DNA of 64,000 nt from Nitrospirota bacterium (GCA_963790025.1 CAWBMP010000002.1:352001-416000); one strand, 5' to 3'; shown: positions 11,272 to 24,059, counted from the stretch's first letter. Made by a program: numbers and translations. Notes: a model not told the origin generated them from the letters alone.

Positions 11272-11945
11272 GACAGCTCCTTACCCCCTACCCCAGAAGG
11301 TCCTTGACTTTCCGGGGACCCCTGCAGTTTCGACAGTGCATCGGCAGTAAAAACAAGATTATCATATGCCGCCACCGCGTGGGCATTCAGATCAACTGCC
11401 CTGACAACATCAACACCGGGGATGTTCCTTGCCGAAATGACTACATTCTTATCGCTTTCCTGCAATACGATGAGCACTGTCTTATTGGACAAACCAAGAT
11501 TCTTGAGCACCTGTATCATTTCCTTTGTCTTCGGCTTCGCGAGGGACAATGAATCGAGCAACACCACCTCGCCGTCTGCCAGTTTCATAGTCAATGCCTT
11601 AAACAGGGCCACCTTTCTCATCTGTTTCGGAAGCTTTGACGAATAGTCCCTCGGTTGAGGGCCAAAAACTATGCCACCACCCCTAAACTGCGGGGCCCTT
11701 ATGCTCCCCTGCCTTGCCCTTCCCGTATGCTTCTGCTTATAGGGCTTCTTGCCGCCGCCGCTCACCATGCCCTTTGTCTTTGTCGCATGTGTACCCTGCC
11801 TCTGGTTAGCAAGGAAATTTACCACGGATGTGTGCACCACTGAGTCGGAGGCTTCACTGCCAAAAACCCGGCCCGTAAGGTTCATAGTCCCTTTTACGTT
11901 ATTATTAATGTCTTTTATTTCAATGGTTATGTTCTCTGGCTGCAT
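11268..11945 (-). CDS. rplD: 50S ribosomal protein L4
   Basis: RQGTHATK, KPYKQKHTGRARQGS, FGPQPR. Confidence 0.99.
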   Translation of the reverse strand: MQPENITIEIKDINNNVKGTMNLTGRVFGSEASDSVVHTSVVNFLANQRQGTHATKTKGMVSGGGKKPYKQKHTGRARQGSIRAPQFRGGGIVFGPQPRDYSSKLPKQMRKVALFKALTMKLADGEVVLLDSLSLAKPKTKEMIQVLKNLGLSNKTVLIVLQESDKNVVISARNIPGVDVVRAVDLNAHAVAAYDNLVFTADALSKLQGSPESQGPSGVGGKELS

Positions 11946-11946
11946 G

Positions 11947-12561
11947 TTATTTTCCCTTCCGAATCTCTATTATCGTGTTCGCAGACCCCGGAACCGCACC
12001 TTTTATAAGTAAAAGATTCTGCTCGGGACGGACATCAACAACGGTCATATTCTGAACGGTCACCCGGTCGCACCCCATATGCCCTGCCATCCTCATTCCC
12101 CTCCACACCCTTGAGGGGTAAGAGCTTCCACCGATTGAGCCCGGCGCTCTGTTGAACATGGAGCCGTGTGAACCCGGTCCGCCTTTGAAATTATGCCGCT
12201 TCATGACACCCTGGAACCCTTTGCCTTTCGAAATACCCGATACCGATACGACATCACCCTTGGCAAAACTTTCGGACTTTATCATATCGCCGACCTTGAG
12301 TCCGGACATCGGGAACTCCTTCAGTACTTTAAAAGCGGGCGTCCCGGCATTTTTAAAAACGCCAGCCATAGGCTTCCGCACATGCTTCGCCTTCCTCTCT
12401 TCGACAAACCCTACTTTAACAGCCTCATAGCCGTCTTTTTCAGGGGTCTTCACCTGCACAACGCAGCACGGCCCCGCTTCTACTACCGTAACCGGTACTA
12501 ATCTGCCATCTTCAGTAAATATCTGTGTCATTCCAAGTTTTTTGCCCAGTATTCCTGTCAT
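11947..12561 (-). CDS. rplC: 50S ribosomal protein L3
   Basis: [23 protein letters not shown]. Confidence 0.99.
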   Translation of the reverse strand: MTGILGKKLGMTQIFTEDGRLVPVTVVEAGPCCVVQVKTPEKDGYEAVKVGFVEERKAKHVRKPMAGVFKNAGTPAFKVLKEFPMSGLKVGDMIKSESFAKGDVVSVSGISKGKGFQGVMKRHNFKGGPGSHGSMFNRAPGSIGGSSYPSRVWRGMRMAGHMGCDRVTVQNMTVVDVRPEQNLLLIKGAVPGSANTIIEIRKGK

Positions 12562-12863
12562 AGCTTTATCTCCACATCTACTCCTGAGGCAAGCTCAAGC
12601 TTCATCAGCGCATCCACAGTATCCGGTGTGGGGTCGTAAATATCGACCAGCCGCTTGTGCGTGCGGATCTCGAATTGCTCTCGCGACTTCTTGTCTACGT
12701 GAGGCGACCTCAAAACAGTATATTTGCTGACCTGTGTCGGTAAGGGCACCGGCCCCGCAACCCGGGCGCCTGTCCTTTGCGCAGTAACAACAATTTCCCT
12801 TACAGACTGGTCCAGCAGCCTGTGGTCGTATGCTTTCAGTTTTATTCTTATTTTTTGATTCAC
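12558..12863 (-). CDS. rpsJ: 30S ribosomal protein S10
   Basis: [27 protein letters not shown] start at 12863. Confidence 0.98.
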   Translation of the reverse strand: MNQKIRIKLKAYDHRLLDQSVREIVVTAQRTGARVAGPVPLPTQVSKYTVLRSPHVDKKSREQFEIRTHKRLVDIYDPTPDTVDALMKLELASGVDVEIKL

Positions 12864-12867
12864 CGCA

Positions 12868-14067
<1,200 letters not shown>

Positions 14068-14082
14068 ATCTCCTCCTCCATT

Positions 14083-14195
14083 TCGCGTTCAGCGTGCTGC
14101 GTGCTTACGGCACCTACTGCTGGTTCAGCCTACAACGTCAAAAATATTAAATTTAATTTCATACGTACAACGCTGAATCCTGCACGCAGTATGTT
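14083..14195. repeat. Heptamer-arm imperfect palindrome (GCGTKCW)n ... inverse
   Basis: gcgttca gcgtgct gcgtgct ... aacgctg aatcctg cacgcag in the fusA-tuf spacer. Confidence 0.6.
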
Positions 14196-14198
14196 GTT

Positions 14199-16277
14199 CT
14201 AGTCGCCTTTTACTTTCGCTACTATGCCTTCCATAATATTCTTGGGCACTTCTTCATAGTTCGAAAATTGCATGGTATAAGTCGCTCTCCCCTGGGTCTT
14301 GGATCTGAGGTCCGTAGAATAACCGAACATGTCAGCCAGGGGTACCATCGCCTTTATCACCTGAGCGCCGGCCCTTTGTTCCATCGACTGGATTTTGCCG
14401 CGCCGTGAATTCAAATCCCCGATAACATCACCCATATACTCCTCGGGAGTAACTACCTCGACGCTCATGATGGGCTCTATTAAAACCAGTTGGGCCTTCT
14501 TTGCGCCATCTTTCAAGGCCATTGACCCTGCTATTTTAAAAGCCATTTCAGAGGAATCGACCTCATGGTACGATCCGTCAATCAGAGATACTTTTGCATC
14601 GACAAGAGGATAACCGGCCAGCACCCCGCCTACCATGGCCTCTTTCACTCCCTTTTCAACAGCAGGAATATATTCTCTTGGGATAGAGCCACCCACAATC
14701 TTGTTCTCAAATTCAAACCCCTTGCCGCGCTCAAGCGGAGCTATGTCGATCCATATATGCCCGTATTGGCCGCGGCCGCCAGACTGGCGTACAAACTTTC
14801 CTTCCACCCTCGCAGTACCTTTTATCGTTTCTTTATATGCCACCTGGGGTTTGCCAACATTGGCCCCGACTTTAAATTCTCTTAATAACCTGTCGACGAT
14901 TATTTCGAGATGGAGTTCGCCCATTCCGGATATGATGGTCTGGCCGGTTTCCTCATCGAATGAGACTCTGAATGAAGGATCTTCCTGGGCAAGCTTAGCC
15001 AGCGAGTGTGACAGCTTCTCCTGATCGGCCTTTGTCTTTGGTTCGATTGCAACGGATATAACAGGATCTGGAAACTCCATTTTTTCGAGGATGACAGGGT
15101 TGTTCTCATCGCACAGGGTATCGCCGGTCAGGGTGCTCTTCAATCCTACCACTGCCGCTATATCTCCAGCCACAACTTCCTTTATTTCCTCTCTTTTGTT
15201 GGCGTGCATCTTGACTAGCCTGCCGATTCTTTCCCTTACATCCTTGGTCGAATTATAGATATAGGAGCCTGCGCTTAGCACACCTGAATACACCCTTACA
15301 AACGTAAGCTGACCTACGAAGGGATCAGCCATTATCTTAAACGCCAGGGCGGAAAAAGGCTCGTCTTCGGATGCCTTCCTTGGTACCTCGGTGCCGTCGG
15401 ACGGCAGTTTTCCCATCATGGGGGGGACATCAAGAGGAGATGGAAGGTAATCGACAATTGCATCGAGCAGCAGTTGAACTCCCTTATTCTTAAAGGCAGA
15501 CCCGCACAGTACAGGGGTAAGTTTCAGCTCTATGGTACCTTTACGTAAGGCTTGCCTGATCTCTGTTGCAGATACTTCCTTTCCTGAAAGGTACTTATCC
15601 ATTATTTCTTCATCTACATCGGCAATTGATTCAATCATCTTTTCCCTGAACTCTTTCGCCTTTGGTAAAAGTTCGGCCGGGATCTCATCCTCGACATATT
15701 TTGCTCCGAGCGTTTCGTCATCGAAAAATAAGGCCTTCATTGTTACAAGGTCTATGGATCCTCTCAATTTATCTTCGCTGCCGATCGGTATTTGAACAGG
15801 GACCGGATTGGCGCCCAATCTTTGCACCATGCTGTCGACAGCCATAAAGAAATCGGCCCCCACTCTGTCCATTTTGTTCATGAAGGCAATCCTCGGCACG
15901 TTGTATTTATTGGCCTGTCTCCATACTGTCTCGGATTGGGGCTCAACTCCGGCAACGGCGTCGAACACAGCAACAGCACCATCAAGCACTCTGAGGGAAC
16001 GCTCGACTTCTATAGTGAAGTCAACGTGGCCGGGAGTATCAATAATATTAATGATGTGGTCTCTCCACAGGCACGTGGTAGCAGCCGAGGTTATGGTAAT
16101 GCCCCGCTCCTGCTCCTGGACCATCCAGTCCATTACGGCCGTACCTTCATGCACTTCACCTATCTTATAAGTAACACCTGTATAGAAAAGTATACGCTCC
16201 GTCGTTGTCGTCTTTCCGGCATCGATGTGCGCCATTATCCCGATATTACGCGTATTTTCTAAGGAAACTCTCGCCAC
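14199..16277 (-). CDS. fusA: Elongation factor G
   Basis: [33 protein letters not shown] start inferred after AAGGAG. Confidence 0.99.
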   Translation of the reverse strand: MARVSLENTRNIGIMAHIDAGKTTTTERILFYTGVTYKIGEVHEGTAVMDWMVQEQERGITITSAATTCLWRDHIINIIDTPGHVDFTIEVERSLRVLDGAVAVFDAVAGVEPQSETVWRQANKYNVPRIAFMNKMDRVGADFFMAVDSMVQRLGANPVPVQIPIGSEDKLRGSIDLVTMKALFFDDETLGAKYVEDEIPAELLPKAKEFREKMIESIADVDEEIMDKYLSGKEVSATEIRQALRKGTIELKLTPVLCGSAFKNKGVQLLLDAIVDYLPSPLDVPPMMGKLPSDGTEVPRKASEDEPFSALAFKIMADPFVGQLTFVRVYSGVLSAGSYIYNSTKDVRERIGRLVKMHANKREEIKEVVAGDIAAVVGLKSTLTGDTLCDENNPVILEKMEFPDPVISVAIEPKTKADQEKLSHSLAKLAQEDPSFRVSFDEETGQTIISGMGELHLEIIVDRLLREFKVGANVGKPQVAYKETIKGTARVEGKFVRQSGGRGQYGHIWIDIAPLERGKGFEFENKIVGGSIPREYIPAVEKGVKEAMVGGVLAGYPLVDAKVSLIDGSYHEVDSSEMAFKIAGSMALKDGAKKAQLVLIEPIMSVEVVTPEEYMGDVIGDLNSRRGKIQSMEQRAGAQVIKAMVPLADMFGYSTDLRSKTQGRATYTMQFSNYEEVPKNIMEGIVAKVKGD

Positions 16278-16291
16278 AGCCTGCAAACTCC

Positions 16292-16762
16292 TTACCACCG
16301 GTAATGGGCAAAGGCCCTGTTAGCCTCTGCCATCTTGTGAGTGTCTTCTTTTTTCTTTATGGAAGAGCCGGTGTTGTTGTATGCATCCAGCAATTCTCCG
16401 GCAACTCTTTCCCTCATCGTCTTTTCCTTGCGCAGCCGGGCATAACTTATCACCCAACGCAGGGCCAGAGCTATTTTCCTCTGGGGCCTGACCTCCATAG
16501 GTACCTGGTATGTCGCACCGCCAACCCTCCTCGGCTTTACTTCGAGAAGAGGCTTTACATTTTCTACAGCAGTCTTGAAAACTTTGAGCGGGTCCGACCC
16601 TGTCTTCTCTTTCAGGATATCGAATGCACCGTAACATATAGACTCGGCAGTGGACATTTTCCCATCCTTCAAGAGGACGGTCATGAACCTGGTCACCAGC
16701 TTGCTGCTGTATTTAGGGTCAGGGAGAATCTCTCTTTTTTCTGCTACTCTTCTTCTTGCCAT
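16292..16762 (-). CDS. rpsG: 30S ribosomal protein S7
   Basis: [26 protein letters not shown]. Confidence 0.99.
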   Translation of the reverse strand: MARRRVAEKREILPDPKYSSKLVTRFMTVLLKDGKMSTAESICYGAFDILKEKTGSDPLKVFKTAVENVKPLLEVKPRRVGGATYQVPMEVRPQRKIALALRWVISYARLRKEKTMRERVAGELLDAYNNTGSSIKKKEDTHKMAEANRAFAHYRW

Positions 16763-16798
16763 GTATAGTGCTCCGGTTATGTTTAAATTTTGGTTTGG

Positions 16799-17170
16799 TT
16801 ACTTGGGTCTCTTAGCGCCGTATTTTGACCTGCCCTGGCGCCTGTCGGCCACACCTGCACAATCAAGCGCTCCCCTCAAAATATGATATCGCACGCCGGG
16901 AAGATCTTTGACCCTGCCGCCTCTGATCAGAACGATGGAATGCTCCTGAAGGTTGTGCCCCACGCCGGGAATATATGCTGTTACCTCCATCCCGTTTGTA
17001 AGCCTGACCCTCGCCACTTTCCTCAAGGCAGAGTTCGGCTTTTTAGGCGTGGTGGTATACACCCTTACGCACACTCCGCGCTTTTGCGGACAACTCTTAA
17101 GCGCAGGGCTCTTAGTCTTCCTCTCCACTTTCTTTCGTCCGTTCTTTACCAACTGTGCAATTGTAGGCAC
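16799..17170 (-). CDS. rpsL: 30S ribosomal protein S12
   Basis: [26 protein letters not shown] start after GGAGG. Confidence 0.99.
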   Translation of the reverse strand: MPTIAQLVKNGRKKVERKTKSPALKSCPQKRGVCVRVYTTTPKKPNSALRKVARVRLTNGMEVTAYIPGVGHNLQEHSIVLIRGGRVKDLPGVRYHILRGALDCAGVADRRQGRSKYGAKRPK

Positions 17171-17229
17171 TTTTCCTCCACACAATACAATTATTAATGA
17201 AAAGCTCCGGTTTGCCGGAAAACCCTAAA

Positions 17230-17258
17230 AGTGTACCAGAGACATCTTCTCTTGTCAA
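17230..17258 (-). promoter_or_regulatory. Sigma70-type promoter of the str superoperon
   Basis: TTGACA-17 nt-TACACT with extended TG on the minus strand. Confidence 0.8.
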
Positions 17259-17402
17259 GTTATCAGGCAAGACTGTAATGAAACCGTCCCGATACACCAG
17301 GAAAGAGAAATATAACATAATGGAATAAAAAAAATAAAGTAATTTTTATGATATACTTTTGCTAACTGCAGGAGAGAGTGTTTTGAGGCAAAAAAAGATA
17401 GA

Positions 17403-18056
17403 ATGGCCGACGCTAAAACCATAACCGATCTGCTATTTAAAAAGTACCCCGACGCCGGGATTGCACTTCATTTCCGGGGCCCTTTCGAGCTCCTTGTCGC
17501 AACTATCCTCTCCGCCCAATGTCCTGATATCAGAGTAAATAAGGTCACCGAAACGCTCTTTAAGCGATACCGCACGGCTGAACAATTTGCCCAGGCTGAC
17601 AGCAGGGACCTTGAGCGGGAGATCTCCAGCATAACTTATTTCCGGAGCAAGGCGAAGACAATAATCGACTGCTGCAAAAAACTGACGGAAGATTTCCATG
17701 GAAAAGTCCCGCAGGCCATGGATGAGCTTGTCAGCCTTCCAGGTGTCGGAAGAAAAACCGCTAATGTAATACTCGGGTGCGCCTTTGGACAGCAGGCTAT
17801 TCCTGTAGATACCCATGTGCTCAGGGTGACAGACCGGCTCGGGCTCTCTCATTCGACTAATCCCGACAAAATGGAACAGGAACTGATGCGGCAAATAGCG
17901 CCGGATTCATGGACACGTTTCAGCCTTGCCCTAATCCTGCACGGAAGGGAAACCTGCACTGCGAAGCGACCCCGTTGCTCCGTTTGCGTTTTATATTCCT
18001 TATGCGAGTGGCCCGAAAAAACAGTGTATAAAAAGAAAAACGATGCGTTTTCCTGA
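17403..18056 (+). CDS. nth: Endonuclease III
   Basis: LLVATILSAQ, LPGVGRKTANV HhH, VDTHV, C-x6-C-x2-C-x5-C. Confidence 0.97.
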   Translation: MADAKTITDLLFKKYPDAGIALHFRGPFELLVATILSAQCPDIRVNKVTETLFKRYRTAEQFAQADSRDLEREISSITYFRSKAKTIIDCCKKLTEDFHGKVPQAMDELVSLPGVGRKTANVILGCAFGQQAIPVDTHVLRVTDRLGLSHSTNPDKMEQELMRQIAPDSWTRFSLALILHGRETCTAKRPRCSVCVLYSLCEWPEKTVYKKKNDAFS

Positions 18057-18849
18057 ACTCTCCATTGAGGAAATCAGAGACCGATTAAATATGGACGGTC
18101 CATATTTAATCGGTAGTGAAATCCTGTTTTTTCCGGTAACCGGCTCAACAAACACGGCCGCCGCCGAACTAGCAGCAAAGGGACAGCGCGAAGGGACTGT
18201 TATCATTGCGGACAGCCAGACAGGAGGAAGAGGAAGACGCGGCAGGTCATGGGTATCTCCAGCCGGAAAGAACCTGTATTTAAGCATAATACTGCGGCCC
18301 TGCATGCCACCGAGGGATGCGTCAATACTTACGCTTATGTCGGCAGTTGCCTGTGCGTCAGCTTTACAAAAAATCTCTTCCGTTGCCGTATCTATCAAAT
18401 GGCCTAACGATTTAATGGTGGCGGATAAAAAATTGGGGGGCATCCTGACCGAGATGAAGACGGACACCGACCACATTGATTATGCAGTAATCGGGATAGG
18501 GATCAATATAAATCTCGATAGTTCCGATATGCCTGATGACATCAGGCATACGGCAACATCGGTCAGACTTCAGGCGGGACAACCCCAAACAAGGACGCAG
18601 TATGCGGTCGAAATAATAAAATCACTGGACTACTGGTATGCTATTCTTCTCAAATCCGGAAAGGGTCCGGTTATCGATTCCTGGCGGCGCCTGTCCTCCA
18701 CGATAGGCCATACCGTGACCGCCACGTCGGGAGAGGTCCAGGTCACGGGCCTTGCCGAGGACATTGATGCCGAAGGGGCACTTCTACTTAAGCTCGAAGA
18801 CAATTCCCTTGTAAAAATAAACGCCGGAGATGTTATTGTACTGAGGTAA
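18043..18849 (+). CDS. birA: Biotin-protein ligase (no HTH domain)
   Basis: QTGGRGRRGRSW, IKWPND, KLGGIL. Confidence 0.95.
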   Translation: MRFPELSIEEIRDRLNMDGPYLIGSEILFFPVTGSTNTAAAELAAKGQREGTVIIADSQTGGRGRRGRSWVSPAGKNLYLSIILRPCMPPRDASILTLMSAVACASALQKISSVAVSIKWPNDLMVADKKLGGILTEMKTDTDHIDYAVIGIGININLDSSDMPDDIRHTATSVRLQAGQPQTRTQYAVEIIKSLDYWYAILLKSGKGPVIDSWRRLSSTIGHTVTATSGEVQVTGLAEDIDAEGALLLKLEDNSLVKINAGDVIVLR

Positions 18850-18851
18850 AT

Positions 18852-19676
18852 ATGCTGATTGCTGTCGATATCGGAAATTCTACTATCGGGATCGCTCTAT
18901 ATGCCGATCCTTCAAAGAGTTCGTCTCTGAGCGTCGAAAAGGTACCCACTCACCCTGCCAGAACAGCGGGTTTTTATAAACTGCTTATGTCCCAGATGAT
19001 AAAAGAGGCACATTCCGGGAATATGCCCGCTTCGATTTCCGCTATTGTTTCTTCAGTTGTTCCGGCCAGAAGCACTGTAATAACCAAAGCCCTTGTCTCT
19101 TTATGCAAAAAGCAGCCAATTTATGTCAATGCCGGAATCAACAGCGGTCTCACATTTAACGTAAAGGAACCATTCAAACTCGGGGCCGACAGGATCGCAA
19201 ATGCAGTTGCCGGGGTGAGCCATAGCAAGGGCCGTCCTGCGGCAATTGTGGACTTCGGCACGGCAACCACTATTACGGTTGTAGGGACACGGCTCACTTT
19301 TTTAGGCGGCGCCATTTTCCCGGGCATCGATCTCATGCGAAAAGCACTACACTCCGAAACTGCTAAACTGCCTCTTGTCTCTACCGATGCCGGGGTCCCC
19401 GAAAAGTCGCAGACTTTTCGGAGTGCATCAAGGAGGACCGCTCTGGGGAAGGATACTGCCTCATCCATTATATCCGGCATTGTATACGGAACTGTGGGAG
19501 CGGTGGAGAAGCTGATAAAAATGATGGAGAAAGAGGTTGAATTTAAGTTACAATTAGTCCTGACAGGAGGGAACGCGTTGTTTATGTCCTCTTTTATAAA
19601 CAGGCCTTTTACTCTTCGTCCTAATCTTACATTTGAGGGACTGAGGCTGTTATATATAAAAACAGCAAATGAGTGA
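18852..19676 (+). CDS. coaX: Type III pantothenate kinase
   Basis: DIGNS, LGADR, VDFGTATT, LTGG. Confidence 0.95.
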   Translation: MLIAVDIGNSTIGIALYADPSKSSSLSVEKVPTHPARTAGFYKLLMSQMIKEAHSGNMPASISAIVSSVVPARSTVITKALVSLCKKQPIYVNAGINSGLTFNVKEPFKLGADRIANAVAGVSHSKGRPAAIVDFGTATTITVVGTRLTFLGGAIFPGIDLMRKALHSETAKLPLVSTDAGVPEKSQTFRSASRRTALGKDTASSIISGIVYGTVGAVEKLIKMMEKEVEFKLQLVLTGGNALFMSSFINRPFTLRPNLTFEGLRLLYIKTANE

Positions 19677-19736
19677 ATGAGCGTATGGGCAAATGGGTTT
19701 TACTCATTTACCCATATACCCATTTACCCATTTACC
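19665..19736. repeat. Octamer-arm palindrome (GCAAATGR)n ... (CCCATTTA)n
   Basis: gcaaatga gtgaatga gcgtatgg gcaaatgg ... ctcattta cccatata cccattta cccattta; overlaps the coaX stop. Confidence 0.85.
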
Positions 19737-19761
19737 ATCTTCGAGAAGGAGGATTATTATT

Positions 19762-20199
19762 GTGTTGACCCAAAAGATTCTTTTCCCTACCGATTTTTCC
19801 GAAGGGGCATTGCATGCCCTCCCATATGCAGCGGATATGGCAAAGACCTGCTGTGCAAAACTGTATATGATACACGTGATCTATGATGTCGCAACGGCAT
19901 CAGGGCTCTATGTACCTCATGTTTCCTTTGATCAGATGTATCTGGACCTCGAGAAAAGCGCCAAAAAGGAGCTCGAGAAATTCGGCTATGATGAACGGAA
20001 GGACATAAAGGATGTCGAATATGCGGTGCTGCGGGGAATTCCCTATGAGGAAATCCTGAAATTCGCCCAGGAAAAAAATATCAGCATTATTGTTATAGGA
20101 ACCCACGGCAGAAAGGGACTGGACCGTTTCTTATTCGGGAGCACGGCAGAAAAGGTGGTGCGTTATTCCGCATGCCCGGTCCTGACTGTCAGGGGGTAA
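19762..20199 (+). CDS. Universal stress protein
   Basis: ILFPTDFS, IVIGTHGRKG, FGSTAEKVVRYSACPVLTV; GTG after AGGAGG. Confidence 0.95.
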   Translation: MLTQKILFPTDFSEGALHALPYAADMAKTCCAKLYMIHVIYDVATASGLYVPHVSFDQMYLDLEKSAKKELEKFGYDERKDIKDVEYAVLRGIPYEEILKFAQEKNISIIVIGTHGRKGLDRFLFGSTAEKVVRYSACPVLTVRG

Positions 20200-20204
20200 G
20201 AAAA

Positions 20205-20299
20205 AAGGCAGAGGTAAGGGCAGAGGTAGAGAACTAAGAAAAGAAACTTCGTCTTTATCTTTACCTTTATCTGTACCTGTACTTCCACCTTTGCCTTTT
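20205..20299. repeat. Hexamer-arm palindrome (AGGYAR)n ... (TKTAYC)n
   Basis: aggcag aggtaa gggcag aggtag ... tttatc tttacc tttatc tgtacc ... tttgcc. Confidence 0.8.
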
Positions 20300-20307
20300 G
20301 AATTATC

Positions 20308-21438
20308 ATGATACGCACTAATGTCCTTGTTATTGGCGGCGGTCCTGCCGGGGCTACGGCTGCACGAATACTGGCGCGCAATAAGATCGAGACCACCCTT
20401 GTCGAACGTGATCTCTCCTATGCAAAACCATGCGGCGGCGGCATTCCATCTTCCGCCTTCGACGAGCTGGACATTCCCGAATGCACCATCAAAAAGAAGG
20501 TTAAAAAAATCAGCATCATATCTCCGAACGGTGAAAGGATCGATATAGATCTCTCCGGGGGATGCCTTTGCATGACCGAGAGAGGGGCGTTCGATGCACA
20601 GTTAAGAGACCTGGCAATTGTCCAGGGCGCTTCAGTCATAGAAGGCATGTTCAGCAGATTCGAGAAGACCGGCAGACCCATCATCTCGGTAATAACCCGA
20701 AAATCAACACGCGAGGAAGTGCGTGTCAAGGCAGACTATGTTATCGCAGCAGACGGGATAACGTCCAAAGTTGCTGCGTCGTTACAAGTGCCGGGGCCGC
20801 GGACCATTAATACTGTCAGCGCCCATATCAAACCCGCGGATTATGACGCTTGCGAGTTCTGGTTCGGGACCGAGCACGCATCGAATTTCTATTCCTGGGT
20901 TTTTCCCTCCGTGGGGTATGCTTCAATAGGCACCGGCAGTTCATCGCCGCGGACCCTTACTTCTTTTCTTGATACATTTGTCAGGAGAAGGTTCAACGCC
21001 CAACTGACTGAATTAAACAGACAAAAACTTCTCGGCAAACCCAGGGCTTTCAAGATGCCTGACTGGACCGGGACCCTGTTCAACAAAGAGAACGTCCTCT
21101 TTGCCGGCGATGCAGCGGGCATGGTAATGCCCGTAATCTACGAGGGAATATACTATGCCATGAAATCCGGCGAATTTGCGGCACTGGCTCTCATAGACGG
21201 AAGTCCTGACTCCTATAGAAAACTCTGGAACAGCAGGTTCCGTACGCAATTTCTACTCATGCGGACAATAAAACAGCATCTTTTCAGGGACAATGAAAAC
21301 ATAGAAAAATGGGTCGCGCTCCATAAGAGGCCCGACGTGCAGGAACTTGCGGTAAAGTTATGGCTCAACAAGAAAGACAGCAAAAGCGGCATCCTCAGGG
21401 CTTATATCAAGTTATTCAGCCATTTTTTTAAGTTCTGA
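20308..21438 (+). CDS. Geranylgeranyl reductase family FAD oxidoreductase
   Basis: GGGPAG, KPCGGGI, YSWVFP, GDAAG, EGIYYAM. Confidence 0.9.
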   Translation: MIRTNVLVIGGGPAGATAARILARNKIETTLVERDLSYAKPCGGGIPSSAFDELDIPECTIKKKVKKISIISPNGERIDIDLSGGCLCMTERGAFDAQLRDLAIVQGASVIEGMFSRFEKTGRPIISVITRKSTREEVRVKADYVIAADGITSKVAASLQVPGPRTINTVSAHIKPADYDACEFWFGTEHASNFYSWVFPSVGYASIGTGSSSPRTLTSFLDTFVRRRFNAQLTELNRQKLLGKPRAFKMPDWTGTLFNKENVLFAGDAAGMVMPVIYEGIYYAMKSGEFAALALIDGSPDSYRKLWNSRFRTQFLLMRTIKQHLFRDNENIEKWVALHKRPDVQELAVKLWLNKKDSKSGILRAYIKLFSHFFKF

Positions 21439-21453
21439 TTACCCGCTAAAACA

Positions 21454-22218
21454 ATGACTAAGAAGCATCTCGGACAAAATTTTCTTTTCGACCCTTCCAT
21501 CCTTCACAGGGTCGTTGAAAGCTCCGGCATTACCGGCGACGATACTGTAGTAGAGATAGGACCCGGTCACGGCAGCCTTACTGCGGTCCTTGCGAATATT
21601 GCCAAAAAAGTTATTGCAATAGAGCTTGATGATAGTCTCTACAGCAAACTCCGGGAAAGGTTCAGCGGCTCCGGCAACATCGTGCTCGTCCACGGCGATG
21701 CCCTCTCTTATGCCTATGAAACCCTGGGACCATTCAAGGTTGTGGCTAATATTCCTTATTATATTACGACCCCGATCATCTTCAGGCTCATGGAAACTGG
21801 AAAACGGCTCGCGTCCATGACACTGACGGTCCAGAAAGAAGTTGCGGAAAGAATAGTCGCCGGGCCGAATACAAGGGACTACGGCATCCTGTCGATAGCG
21901 GTCCAATATGCAGCAATCCCGAAAATGGAATTCATTATTTCTCGAGAAGCGTTCAGACCCGCTCCCAAAGTGGACTCCGCCGTAATACATCTGACAATGC
22001 GCGATACACCACAGGTTGCGGTTGAGGACGAAGCCTTTCTCTTCACCGTCATAAGGACCGCCTTTGGCCAGCGCAGAAAGACCCTTTCAAACGCCCTGAA
22101 ACCGCTCTCACCGGAAATCAGGGAAAAACTGACCCGCAGCGGTATCGATCCACGCAGAAGGGCGGAAACCCTCACCATAGAGGAGTTTGCAGCACTGGCG
22201 GACGCACTGAAAGAATAA
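21454..22218 (+). CDS. rsmA: 16S rRNA m6,2A dimethyltransferase
   Basis: KKHLGQNFL, EIGPGHG, ANIPYYI, FRPAPKVDS. Confidence 0.97.
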   Translation: MTKKHLGQNFLFDPSILHRVVESSGITGDDTVVEIGPGHGSLTAVLANIAKKVIAIELDDSLYSKLRERFSGSGNIVLVHGDALSYAYETLGPFKVVANIPYYITTPIIFRLMETGKRLASMTLTVQKEVAERIVAGPNTRDYGILSIAVQYAAIPKMEFIISREAFRPAPKVDSAVIHLTMRDTPQVAVEDEAFLFTVIRTAFGQRRKTLSNALKPLSPEIREKLTRSGIDPRRRAETLTIEEFAALADALKE

Positions 22219-22294
22219 CAATAATAACAAGTACTAAAATGTGGTATATTAGAAAACTGGCCTTGCACATATACCCTATTAGGAGTTGGAAGGG

Positions 22295-24055
22295 ATGGAC
22301 CCATCAAAAAGCAGAGTTTTAACTGTTCAGGACTTTTACCTGATAAGAAATATCATTACATATATCCTTAGACAAAATGGGTTTAAAGCTATAGATTCGG
22401 TCGGCAGTTGCCGGGAAGCGCTGAGCAAACTTGAGAGTGGAAACTATATCATGGTTGTGTCTGATTGGAACTCAAACATAGATGGCTTGGAGCTTCTGTA
22501 CACCATAAGGGAAAACCCGGAACTGAAAAACATTATATTCATAATGGTGACCACTGAAATCGACAAAAACAAGATAATGCAGGCAATGGAGCAGGGAGTT
22601 GATGGATATGTAGTGAAACCCTTTACAGCAGAGGCATTATGCCTTAGAATAGTCTCCGCTATAAAATCAAAGTATAAGGACCTGTACAAAAGCGTTCAAC
22701 AATCTGTAAGACAAAGTCGGGCGACATCCACAACCGATGATACCGGACCTTCAACGAAAGTATCGGAGACCACTCCAAAAGCGCCATTTTTTTCTGTCAG
22801 TAATTGGTCCACTGCGCCGTCTTATTTGCGTTCGAACCCCAAAATTTTTGTGGCGGGCAATACGGGCGCAATGATGGATATAATATCACCGCAGTTTGAC
22901 ATGATGAAGGAAACCAGTGATTTTGTATCGATCAACGACATGCTTTTAAATGCGAAAAATACTGCGAGGACAGCTAAAAAACAAACCGAAAATGCCTCAC
23001 AGATTGCAGCTGCAACCGGGGACATTGCTACAGCGTTAAACTTGTTGGATGCCCCGGCTGGTTCGCCGAAATCAATACAGGGATTAAAGGCAGTCAACAA
23101 GACTGCTGCTAAACTATCCGATATGATTGATACATTCAATAAAGATGCTGAAGATGTCATGAAAATGCTTAGTGGTATGGAGGGGATGGTAAGACAGGCC
23201 CATATTCACGAGATCAATGAAAGCATCAAAGATTCGTACGAACTGGAGATGCATCCGGAAACTGGCGCATTAAAGGATTCAAAAATCGGGCCCAACTCAA
23301 CAAAGGTTGCAGAAAAATTGGCGATGATCAGAAATGAATCAGAAAATGCCCGCGGTGCCCTCACGACCGCCGCAGAAAATGTTGCTCAGGTAATAGCAAA
23401 ACTGACTTCAACCGATCCTTCAACCAGTTCATCGCGCGAGTTATTTCATCAGTTAAGTTCAAGAATCGAAAATATTATTGATACGCTTGACAGCCAGATA
23501 GATAAATCCGGAACGCTTGCGCAAGGAATGGAAGAGGTTGCAACAGTGAAAAGTGAAGTGTCGGTTGTGAGTCCTGATAAAAAGGAAGCTGATACAGAAG
23601 TAAACAAGATAATAAATGAAGAACCTGGTCCTCGTGCCGGGGGAGAAACTAAAAGCAAGAGTGTTCCGGTGGCACTAAAGAAAATAATAGAGTATAGAAT
23701 ATTAATGATTGACCTTATCAAAAAAGATTTTCATATAAGCATAAAAAACCTTGAGGAAATGCTAAATGACAAGGCTGAATTCAGGCAGGAGCACCTGCCT
23801 GGACATCCTGCAAGCAGTATTTCCAAATGGCTTGATAAAAGAATAGAACAAAAGGATTATTATGATATAGATGTGTGTCATCAGATAGCAGACGCAGGGA
23901 ATGAACTGTATGAACAATCTGCAAAGGCCCTTGAAATGCAGGCAAAAGGAAATAGAAGAGAGGCCTTAAGTATGATGAAGAATATAAATGGTAAGGTAAA
24001 TATGATTGATACCCTTTTAAAGAAGCTTAAAGATGAATTGAAGAAAAAAATTTAG
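22295..24055 (+). CDS. CheY-like receiver fused to a degenerate MCP-like coiled coil and a CZB-like C-terminus
   Basis: N-terminal VVSDWN..DGLELL, MVT, YVVKPF; heptad-rich middle; HPASSISKWL near the C-terminus. Confidence 0.7.
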   Translation: MDPSKSRVLTVQDFYLIRNIITYILRQNGFKAIDSVGSCREALSKLESGNYIMVVSDWNSNIDGLELLYTIRENPELKNIIFIMVTTEIDKNKIMQAMEQGVDGYVVKPFTAEALCLRIVSAIKSKYKDLYKSVQQSVRQSRATSTTDDTGPSTKVSETTPKAPFFSVSNWSTAPSYLRSNPKIFVAGNTGAMMDIISPQFDMMKETSDFVSINDMLLNAKNTARTAKKQTENASQIAAATGDIATALNLLDAPAGSPKSIQGLKAVNKTAAKLSDMIDTFNKDAEDVMKMLSGMEGMVRQAHIHEINESIKDSYELEMHPETGALKDSKIGPNSTKVAEKLAMIRNESENARGALTTAAENVAQVIAKLTSTDPSTSSSRELFHQLSSRIENIIDTLDSQIDKSGTLAQGMEEVATVKSEVSVVSPDKKEADTEVNKIINEEPGPRAGGETKSKSVPVALKKIIEYRILMIDLIKKDFHISIKNLEEMLNDKAEFRQEHLPGHPASSISKWLDKRIEQKDYYDIDVCHQIADAGNELYEQSAKALEMQAKGNRREALSMMKNINGKVNMIDTLLKKLKDELKKKI

Positions 24056-24059
24056 CCCC

